A stretch of DNA of 64,000 nucleotides, from contig JBHGNT010000012.1 of NCBI GenBank assembly GCA_043228905.1, forward strand, positions 1,054,001 through 1,118,000, given 5' to 3'. Made by a program: the position numbers and the translations under genes. Of this stretch, positions 52,081 to 62,236 are shown one piece after another. The stretch comes from Azolla caroliniana. Its lineage: Eukaryota; Plantae; Polypodiophyta. The notes below the pieces were generated by a model that was not told the DNA's origin, did not search any database, and saw only the letters and a list, made by a program, of their open reading frames with translations. The first letter of the stretch is position 1; each line of letters starts with the position of its first letter.

Positions 52081-53678
52081 TTTTTTTTTCCAAAAAAAGA
52101 TACTACATTAGTATTAGAAAACCGCCATAAGGCTAAACATACAAGCTATACCGATCCCCTATATTTATCTAAAGTCTAACCATTGGCTTGAATAAACACT
52201 TTGGTGTTGAGTAGAACCACTCCACCTTACCAAAATACCGTCTATAAAATATACCTATGTCCCAAATGGCATGAAACTCCACCCGCCTAAGCTCCGCTTG
52301 ATGCGTATTACCTTTTATACCATCCAAAATCCCTCTAAGATTATGTACAATCGCTATCCAAATTCCGGAGATTATTTGAGCAGGTCTTTCAATCATATTT
52401 TGAAATACCTTCAAACATCGAGCCTTCCAAATATACCAAATTGTAATACTGCTTACCAATTGCCATATTTGAGGTTTATCAGTTTGTATTTGTGGATTCG
52501 GAGGAATCAAAATTTTTTCCATCATACCATGCCTCACCATAATAGCATCCGCAACCTCCTCATGTTCATATTCCATCGGTTTATCATGTACCGCTGCCCA
52601 TAATACTGCACCCCATGTGTACACTGCTCTAGGATATATTGGAATTAAAAATTTTATAATTTGTTTCCATATATCCAGAGCAAAACCACAACTCCACAAA
52701 CAATGTTTAGCAGTCTCTATTACATCTGTACAAAAAGGACACATCTTGTCTACATTTCCTTTTCGCCACCCATTAACTGGTATAGCATTATGAACCAACA
52801 ACCATCGAAAACCAACAATTTTCCTACTCATCTTTATACCCCATAACCATTTCCAAAATTGTTTAAGATGTTGTGGAGAAAGTTCATTTCGTCTCCAAAC
52901 AATATTTGCAGTTGGTTCTTTCCATGATCTAGCAGCTAATACTTTCCTACCAATCCTCACAGAATACTGAAAAAACGGCACATATTTGATGTTATCTTGC
53001 ATCCTCACCTTCCAATACAGTTCTCCAGGATCCCAAGTTAGTGTAGATATTGATCTCCTTTCCAAAATCCAAATCCTCCACAAACAATTCACCTTTTGAG
53101 GATCCGGGTCTAATACCCAATTTGATCCATCATTTGCAATCACCCTCACTTCTTTATGTAAACAAAAACTAAACAAATCATGTTCCATAGATGTACCGAT
53201 TAACCTACCATCATCCTGTACATCAAAAGTCATGCATTCTTGTTCCCCAATATAGGCTTTCACTCCAATTAAAACATCCAATGGAGTAAATAAACCCATC
53301 CACTTGTGTGTATTATATCCAATTTGCATTTGAACATTAACAAGGGCATTCTGGATCGCAGAATACATTATCTTCCCACCCCTTATATTACTAATTAATA
53401 GCATTTGTTGATCTATAGATTTAGACAAAAAAGTTATCCATGCACCTATAGACTGTGCTGGCCCACGATCTAATTCTGCCCATGCACATTTAGTACGCTT
53501 TCCCAACATTTGTCCTCTTAGATCAGTCAACCATGAATTCCAAATCAGCGGTTGCCTACAGAATTCAGATTCTGTTTTTGGCAATGTCTTAACTAAATCA
53601 CGAGAGATATCTTTCCATGCTTTAAGAACACATCGAGCAAATCTATCTTCCCAACTTGTAGCAATAGCCAATTTATTA
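52081..53678 (-). mobile_element. 5'-truncated L1/Tx1-type LINE with a 17-bp TSD, inserted in the methyltransferase intron
   Basis: TSD TGTTATATGATATATTT at 52064-52080 and 53679-53695; poly(A) tail (T run on +); open 500-aa ORF2 C-terminus at 52169-53671 with zf-RVT CPFC..ET.KHCLWSC and IWYIWKARC. Confidence 0.92.
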
Positions 53679-55020
53679 TGTTATATGATATATTTAAGAA
53701 ACTAAAAAGTATAAACTTCTTTTCTTTTCTTTTTTTCCTTTTTTTTATGAATATTTTTTCATGCATTCTTATACGTATTCGTATGCATTCGTTGGTAACC
53801 CCCACGAATGCGTATATGTCAATCTATGAACTTTACAATGTAACAATGGTAACATTGAATGTGTGAATATGATAGGATCAAAACAAATATTACACGTAGT
53901 TCGGGCGAACAGATGGTTAGTGTGGTAGAGCATATCTGTATTGCTTACTGCAACTCAATCACAAAGAAGAAAGTGCGGGCATATGTGAATGAAAGGAACG
54001 TTGTCAATTACATCATGTGCCTTGTCATGACTAAAAAGTTGCACCATATATCCGGCGCTAAGAGTTTAGTTAACCCTTACCAAAAACCGGAGATATTGAT
54101 CAACTGCCTGATCGAGCTCTTCTCCAACCTAGATGACTGGGTGCTAGATTTGTTCTCTAACACAGGTAGAGTGTAGAACTTTACTAACATGTTTGTATTA
54201 TAGTATATGGATGTTATTGTGGTTTGTGTTAAAGGCTAGGGAATGTAATTTGACATGCTTTATGAATTAAAGTACTACGACAATGTGTGCATTAAAGATG
54301 TTCAGGAACTCTGTTGAGCTAAAGAATGATTCTGAACAAGTCAACTTCATCAAAATGTGGATCCAAGGTATTTGGGATTGTCTAGATCAAGACCAAGAAG
54401 TTGGAGCTAAACATATAAATGAAATTGAAAGATTCCAACTGGAGCCAATTGATGAAGACGCAATGGATCTTGTTGACTTGGAAGACGTTACAGAGTCTGA
54501 ACACTTAAATTCAACTACGTGTACCGAAAACGCCAACAAGGACAATCTAAAACAACTAGCTGGTCTAGAAGAGCCCGTCATTACAGACTTATTGATAGAT
54601 TAATTGCATATTGCTTAATGTAATTGATTTTGAAGAATTTGGAACTGATTGACTTTATTAATCCAAACAATGATTTGGTTAATTAATTATTTTGTTCTAA
54701 TATATAGTCTAGTTTGATGTCATTTTAAGTTGTGTCGTATATTTCTTAAGTGTCTATGTTTAACAATCAATAGGAATGCATAGCTCTATCAATAGGAAGC
54801 AAAATTTACAATTCTATATTGTATATGTTCTTGACCTTTACCTCTCTTGAAGTGTAGTATATATATTGTTGATATCATTGCTAAGTGCATATTATAGATA
54901 CATATTAATTGTTGAATTTTTTCACTCCTAGAATCTTCGGTAGTGCGTTGACTTGATTATAATTGTTGAACTTTGACACTCTAAAAATTATCGATAGTAG
55001 TGTGACTTGAGACAAAAAGT

Positions 55021-55155
55021 ATAGTCGGAGTAACTTTACGATCTTAGACTCTCTTGGAATGTTACATACTATGACTTAATCTTAGATAGTCGGAGGGACT
55101 TTACGGTCGTAGACTCTCTCAAAGTGTTAGATAGTATGACTTAATCTTAGATAGA
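55021..55155. repeat. 66-bp tandem repeat x2
   Basis: ATAGTCGGAG..ACTTTACG.TC.TAGACTCTCT...TATGACTTAATCTTAG at 55021 and 55087. Confidence 0.8.
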
Positions 55156-55599
55156 ATGACTTTAGACATAAAGTATAAGTTGTGCAACTTTGAGTTTAAT
55201 AGAATTTGACAAGTTTACGTATTAATCTCCATTCAATTTTCTCGGAATCAATTGCTAGTAATGATTGGATGGTGATTAGAATGCGGGAGTTTCTAACAAT
55301 ATTTTAGGTGTCATGTGTTTCACCCTAAGTTACCGAAAAAACCCTTGTTTTAGATGTCTTTCATATTTAGAACCTTTAGAAATGCAATGATAGATATAGA
55401 ATGAGGATAAATCGAATTAATGTCCCATGGATTTTCATTTCTTACCTAAGAATTGGGTAGATAAACATGGCTGATTGAATATAAGACTATTGCTTTTATT
55501 GTCATGAAATGTTACACTTAAGAAATCCATCATATTTTAAGAATAGATGTACACATGCACAAACCTTTATGTAAAAGTCTAACAAAATTAAGCAATTCT

Positions 55600-56766
55600 T
55601 GTTGAGCAAGCAAGCTCAACTCCGGTCGATCGGCTGAAGAAGCTGAGAACCAAATCGGTTGAAGACCGACCGGGGAGACCCAAGTCGGTTGTAGGATCGA
55701 GAACCGAGAGCCATGTAGTGAGGGACTCGGGTAGGCCGTTAATAGAATATATTCCTAATATAGTGAATAGGAATATTGTACACAAAATTAGTGTCAGGCT
55801 CATTTATGAGCATTCAAGTATTGACGGTACTTGTGTCAGCCCACTCGTCAGGGCTTGTATAAAAAGTGCTCACTAAGCACGAAGTATGTACAAAGCATTA
55901 TTCCTTTTAATAGATTTTTGTGTATGCTCTCTCTGTCTCTGTCTCTCTCCCTCTGAGTACCACTTTACATGCAAGTGCCCAACCTATGCCGAGATAAGGG
56001 CAAAATACCAAGACATACTTGGTTCGTCTCCCACCCTCCCCAAACTATTAGATACTCTAGATATAAATAAATTAGGCAAATACATTCTAGAGCTAAAACA
56101 ACACAGAGAGAATAAGTTACAAAATGTTGACAATAATGTTGCTAATGATCACGAACATGTAACAAATGAAGTTTTTTAGGAACAGGAGGAGACAACGAAT
56201 GCTGACACACTTGCACCACTCGGCCTTTCCATTGATGAGGCAGAAAACCAGAGAAGAACCAGACATCCTCGGGTGCCGGGTTTCAAAGCAACTCGACGTG
56301 ATGTGGAAGCAATATTGAAAATAAGGGAATGTGAGCTACACTGCCTAGAAGCCATGGCTAGGGCACTTTCTACATTGGAACCACGGGTCACACCCACATC
56401 AAGACCCTTTGACCCCCCACTTCTTTTCGAGAGGCTTGGGTGGAAATAAAATTAGGCTTAGTGTATAGTCACTTTCGAGTATACTACGTATTGTACACTA
56501 CTAGAACTCTTTTAGTTTAAGTTCTATTTTTTTACTTAATTTTATTTAGTTATGATGACTGGATAAATACTCTTTTGTTGTAAACCAATTGTCTCATGGG
56601 CCAAATTTGGCCTTAGAAGATGTTAATATATCTTTCTTTTTTTCTTTCTTTCTTTTCTCATTCTCTGTGTTCTCTGCATTTATAGAATTGTCGTGTTTCT
56701 GATATGTATACTCTATGTCTTTTACGCACGCTTCCGCACATCGTATTCTTTTCATGGTATCAAAGC
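55600..56766 (+). mobile_element. Copia 5' LTR plus PBS, interrupted by a LINE 3' fragment
   Basis: Starts TGTTGAGCAAGCAAGCTCAAC; ends TTTCA at 56754; PBS TGGTATCAAAGC at 56755-56766. Confidence 0.8.
55952..56660 (+). mobile_element. LINE 3'-end fragment with a (TTTC)n tail
   Basis: EYHFTCKCPTYAEIRAKY (H-x4-C-P-x-Y-x3-R C-terminal LINE motif); shares its 3'-end motif with the FAB1-intron LINEs. Confidence 0.7.
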
Positions 56767-58321
56767 GCGAGGATTGAGACTTGTTGAGCGAGCAAGCTCA
56801 ACCGGATCCGGATCGGCATCTGGAAGGATGAGCTGGATCGGTATCCGGAAACAACCGGCCGGATTCGAGCGGGAACCAGAAGCCTAGTAATAGCCTAGAC
56901 TACTAGGTTATCATTGTCTCGTAGTTAGTGTCAATTGCACGTAGGAATATTTAAGTACCTGTCAGTACTTCTGTCAGACCTTTATGGACTTGTATAAATA
57001 GTGTTGTTTACCACGTTGTATGTACAGAGTTGGAGAGTTATTTTGAAAAACGTTTTACATTCTGCTCTCTCTGTCTCGCTTGTGTATACTCTCTTTGTGT
57101 ATTAAACTTTTCCATTAAACCTCTTATTCTCTGTTGCTATCCGGCTGAGCTGGTTCTGTCTAACGCTTTCGCACATTTACATTCACATGGTATTAGAGCG
57201 TGAGGGTTGAGAACCTCTGCATCCGACACTTGCTTCCGTAGACGAACCCTAGAACCCGGTAACAATAGATAGAGAGAAGATATGGACAAAGGAATGGTGA
57301 GTTCACTTCCAATATACAGAAGCTCGACCGGAGCAACTACGTGTCCTGGTCATATAAAATGCACTAGTACCTGTTGGGGCATGGATATTGGAGCTTCGTG
57401 AAAGGAACAAATGAAGTAGCACTGGAGTCGTCACACAAGGACTTCCCGGTATGGGAGCAAGGAGCGAGCTGAGTATTGTACTACCTCGTGTCCTGTGTGC
57501 ACGATTAGATGCTCGGCTATATCAAGGATGCAAAGACACCAAAGGAGGCCTAGGGAAATCTGAGGAAGATTTTCGCCGTGAGTACCACAACCCGTAAGTT
57601 GCATCTCCGGCAAGAGTTGAACAACATCCGACAAAGAGACATGTCGGTTATGGATTACACCACCAAGATAAAGGAGATTTGTGATGCAATTGGGTCCATC
57701 AACGTGACTGTGGATGAAGACGAGATGGTACAAACCTGCCTCGGTGGTCTAGCGCAAAGGTACGGGCCAATCCGGACAATGATTTGCACCCGGGAGAAAC
57801 CACCGTCTTTCTTTGACTTGCAATCGATGCTGATGGTCGAAGAAAACCACACGTGTGGGTCAAGGACCACTCAATCGGAAGATAGGATGTTGTACACGGA
57901 GACAGATCGGCCCCATGGACGCGGTGGACGAGGTGGGTCGACACTCAATGGAGGCGGCCGACAAGAGCAGGATCGGAGGCACAGAGGAGGTGTCGATAGC
58001 AGTTCCAGACCCTCCACAAGTAGGGGGAGTCAAAGCGGCGCCGGGAGCCGACAAGGAAAGGCCGACACGAAATGCTGGTAATGTGGCAAAAAGAGTCACA
58101 GGGAAAGCGAGTGTTGGAAGAAGCGCGCCGATTCAGACAAATCCGGATCTAGCAAAACCAGTCGGGAGAACCGGCAAAGCTCGCACTACACGGAAGGATC
58201 GGAAGGATCCGGAACCGGGAAAACTGGTAAAGGGCCAACCTTCGTGATGAAACACAAGGCTAACTTGATGAAGAAGACTACATCCAATCAGAGGAAGTAT
58301 GGTACGTTGATTCCGAAGCAT

Positions 58322-59396
58322 TGTCGTGAAGATCCATCACTATGTGCGGATCGTGAGGCGAGACCGCCGGGGTTCTGGACCGGATGGACTCGAAGTACAC
58401 ACTAGCTTTAGCGAGAAAAGATTTAAGATAGATTGAGATTAAGATTCCAAATTTGAAACAGATTTAGAACGATTGAAATAGAAAGAGAGATTAAGATTGA
58501 ACTCTTGACTTTAGATTTGAAGAACAAGATATATCATCAAAAGGATAACAAATTTTCTTCTTAATATTAATTTTGATATAAAGTACAAACCTTGCTTGAT
58601 AAAAATCTCTCATTTTTCCTCTCCATCCACTCTTTTATAGATGTCCCCATGCATATGATGCTTATGAGGGTGCAAGACATGCATGAGATGCATGTTTGCC
58701 ACTTGGTGCTCATGTATTACATGTGATGCATGATAACCATGTCACTCAATCGAGCTCTAACATGAAAGTTTACATGTGAAAGTATAATGATAATAAAAAC
58801 ATTTCTAAAGACATGACTTGGCTTAGTGGTAAGTTTATTGCCTCCTATCTTGGAGGTGCAAGGTTCAAGCCTTGCTTGCATCCCTTTGATTACAAATTTC
58901 TAATAGGTTTTTTAGTCTAGATGATTTTGTTCGTTTCACACCGAAATTGTCGCGATCAACCTATCCGATCGATCCGTCTATCCAGTCCGCATTCGATCCA
59001 GTCTATCCGATTCGGTTCAATCGTCGTCCGATAAGCTAGAGTTTAGCCCAAGAACATTTTGTGCTCCACTCATAAACAAAAAGTAATTAGTTCTGGCTTT
59101 GCTTATATATTGTGGGATCTTGATTTGTCTTATCTATGTGGGATATCTCATAGTTTTGTTTTTCTCTTCTTCTTCTCAAACTTCACATTCGCATAACTTG
59201 ACATTTATTTGTCTGTTTCAAATGTAGTAAAGTACATTCGGAAGCTCTTGAAGATATCCATCTTCCCGTACCAAAATATTAAGCTAATCTAAAATAGTAT
59301 CTTCACTATAATTGTTTCATGTCTTGTGTGAAGAACCATACTCGATTTTAGACATTCCTTGCAATTTTCGCACCATTGCCGAAAATCTTCACGACA
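58322..59396 (-). mobile_element. Solo LTR (1075 bp), gypsy-like, in the copia protease motif
   Basis: 12-bp terminal inverted repeat TGTCGTGAAGAT / ATCTTCACGACA. Removing it plus 4 bp restores GAT TCC GAA GCA TCC AAC CAC ATG (DSEASNHM). TATA-like CTATAAAAG on the minus strand. Confidence 0.85.
58812..58880 (+). promoter_or_regulatory. tRNA-like Pol III A-box/B-box module inside the solo LTR
   Basis: A-box TGGCTTAGTGG (58819), hairpin CCTCC/GGAGG, T-arm-like GCAAGG-TTCAAG-CCTTGC with a B-box. Confidence 0.6.
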
Positions 59397-61999
59397 ACGT
59401 CCAACCACATGACAAGCCATGAAGAGTGGTTCTCCTTTTTGGAGAAGCCGAAACAACCGGGGATTGTCGAAACCGGAGACGACACCCCTCTCCCGATTGT
59501 GCATGTCGGAGAAGTCCCTTTAAGCCATGTTGGACAAAAGGGGAAGCTAATGAATGTACTACACATTCCGACTATCACAAAGAAGCTGGTGTCAGTTGGA
59601 CAAATCGTTGACTAGGGGATGCAAGTGCGGTTTACGCACCTAGGGTGCTTCATCAAGGAAGAAGGCCGAATACTTGCGCAATGGCGTAGAGAAGGGAGGA
59701 TGTTCATCCCCAACACCAATGACGTTGGCACCACCATGTTTGCCAAAGGGCAAAAGGTCGAGCCGCACATCGACCTATGGCACAAGCAAACCGGCCACGT
59801 CAACTACCGGAGGCTTCAAGACTTGCAATCGAAACAGGTTGTCTTCGGTTTGCCGAAATTTAGCGGCCGGAAGGCCGAAATTTGTGAAGCCTGCCAACTT
59901 GGGAAGCAACACTGACTTCCATTCCCCACCGATCGAAACCAGAGCCATAACAAGCTTGATTTAATCCATTCGGATGTATGGGGACCGACACAAAACGTTA
60001 GTCTTGGCGGGAGTCGATATTTCGTCTCCTTCATCGACGACTATAGCCGGCACACGTGGATCTACCTGATCGAGAGGAAGAGCGAAGTCTTCGAGTGTTT
60101 CCGGAACCTTCAAAGCTTGGTTGAACGGGAAATGGAGAGGAAGATCAAGTGCTTGTGGTCAGATGGCGGGAAATAATACTTTTCCGGCCAATTCAACAGT
60201 TATCTGCAACAGAACGGAATTCAGAGAGAATTCAGCTGTAGGGTCACACCGGAGCAAAACGGTGTGGCCGAAAGGAAGAATCGGTCGATTGTCGACGTGG
60301 TAAGGGCAATGTTGGAGGAGAAGAGCATGCCCCATTTCTATTGGGCTGAGGCGGTCCGGACGACCGTCTACATCCAAAACCGGATCGGTGACAAGGCGTC
60401 AGCACACGAGCTATATTTCGAGCGCAAGCGGAATTTGAGACACCTTCAGATATTTGGTAGCATAGCATATGTGCATGTACCATATGAGAAGCGGAAAAAG
60501 CTAGATCCGAAGTCGAAGAAGTGCATCCTAGTCGGCTACTCGCATGAGCAGAAGGGGTATAAGTGCTATAACCCTTAGACTAAGCAGGTCCAAGTAAGCC
60601 GAGATGTCGAGTTTGATGAGACAGCATCATGGTACTCCTTACCGACTCTAACTCCCGACGAAGACCCGATTCCGGAAGATGAGGCTAGTGAGCCCGAGGA
60701 GGTCCAGATAGAAGATGACGAGTTGGAGACTCTAGAGGAGAGTTCGGAATCGTTTTGGTTGAGCGGACCGAACGAGCGACTGGGACAAAGTGACTAGTTG
60801 GATGAAGAATCGGTGAGTAATGGAGATTTTGCCGTGCTCTCCCCGTGCAAGGAACCGAAGAGACGGTTCACGCGCAAAGAGAAGGGGAAGAAGAAGATGT
60901 CGTAATACGAAGTCAGCAACGTTGAGTTGGATCGGAGCGCATTCGACTCCGGAAAGGATGAAGACGGATCTTCGGGAACGAAGTCCGAACCGGCCTAGAA
61001 GGGCCCCAAACTGGGGGATACCAAGTTACGCCGGTCTTCTTGCCTGAAGAACCCTATTACGCGGTACAGGTACAATGAGTGCATGGTGCATCACTATGTG
61101 TACATGACCAAAGTGGCGGAAGTGTGTGAGCCGGAGAGCTACGCAGAAGCGGCAAACGACGCAAATTGGCATGCCGTTATGGAAGAAGAAATACGAGCAC
61201 TCGATGCCCACGACACATGGGACCTCGTTGACCCTCCCCGACACTATAAACTGATCGGTTGCAAATGGGTGTACAAGGTAAAGTACAATGCCGATGGTTC
61301 AGTTAACCGGTACAAGGCCCGATTAGTGGCGAAGGGATACACATAGATCCACGGAATCGATTACGACGAGACCTTCGCCCCGGTAGGGAAGATGGCGACG
61401 GTTCGTGTGGTACTGGCGGTTGCTGCGGCACGGGGGTGGCATTTTCACCAGATGGACGTTGTCGTGCCTTTCGGCTCCGGATTGTTGCGTGAGTCGGGTG
61501 GGAACCACAGAGGTCTTGGACTAGGAGAAAGAAGTTCGTGAGATAGAGATTAATTATGAGTAAATAGCAAAGAGAAAGATAAGAAACTCGTGAATCACAC
61601 GAGTATACTATATTAATTGGTACTTAGGGTGTTAAGAGAGAAGTAGATGTATAAATCGTGAATCCCACGAATAATTTTTGTATTGATTAATACTTAATCC
61701 AAATAATCAACAACCCTTTACATATTTCTCTCCTCCTTATATAAGGAAGGAAGAGCTAAGCATGGCTTCATGCTTTTTTTTTTACAAAAAGTGTTCATGT
61801 CCACTAAAATGTGCATGTGATGCTTTTTTATTTCCTAAGTATAGGGCTCATGCACGCTAGAGTGCATGAGTTATTTTTAGTGTCTCGTGTTTTTTTTTTC
61901 TCTTTTTCATATATTAAAAAAATACACGATTTACCTTTTAATAAAGGTATGCATAAATAAAGGTCTTATACGTATTAAATCTATATTTAAAACACTTAA

Positions 62000-62068
62000 G
62001 ATAAGTTAATGTAATGGTAAGGTTGGGGTTTGTCAACGTGGAGGTGCAGAGTTCGAATCACGCCCTGC
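62000..62068 (+). promoter_or_regulatory. tRNA-like Pol III A-box/B-box module inside the gypsy 3' LTR
   Basis: Degenerate A-box TAATGTAATGG (62007) followed by TAAG, then GGAGGTGCA and B-box GTTCGAATC (62051); same 44-nt A-to-B spacing as the module at 58819. Confidence 0.55.
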
Positions 62069-62236
62069 GTAGTAGTGAGTATTTCCTTTCTTTTACATTT
62101 ATGTCTCTTTATCCGGCTCTTCCTTGCCGGTATGCCGTTTTCCTCCTTGCCGGTATGCCGTTTTCTTCCGGTTCTCACCGACTACTCCATTCTCTATCCG
62201 GAGGGACAAAAATATAATTTCCACATAGTGTGCAAC

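Larger units (their letters stand above)
49960..54603 (+). pseudogene. Intron-containing beta-class amino (N4C/N6A) DNA methyltransferase, N6_N4_Mtase-like, decayed
   Basis: Putative exons ~49960-50497, ~50562-50685, ~50764-51225, 53876-54165, 54272-54603. Motif IV-like LLIANIPYG (NIPY at 51028-51039); spliced W|IKTN...EHICIAY; NPYQKP..LI..FSN..DWVLDLFSNT|GTTTMCALKMFRNSV (motifs X, I, II). Stops, frameshifts and one AG>AA acceptor. Confidence 0.75.
56782..61459 (+). mobile_element. Decayed Ty1/copia element carrying two nested LTR insertions; remainder presumably beyond the gypsy element
   Basis: LTR 56782-57187 (TGTTGAGCGAGCAAGCTCAAC..CACA), PBS TGGTATTAGAGC, gag with Zn knuckle, split protease WYVDS|SNHM, integrase HSDVWGP, RT YKARLVAKG..HQMDV; many stops. 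Confidence 0.9.

Noticed and set aside
49960-54603. Bacterial contamination as the source of the methyltransferase
   Set aside because: It has GT-AG introns, a LINE with a TSD, plant-like AT content and contiguous plant genes and TEs.
58812-58880. Functional tRNA gene
   Set aside because: No convincing acceptor stem or canonical anticodon loop; kept only as a tRNA-like promoter module.
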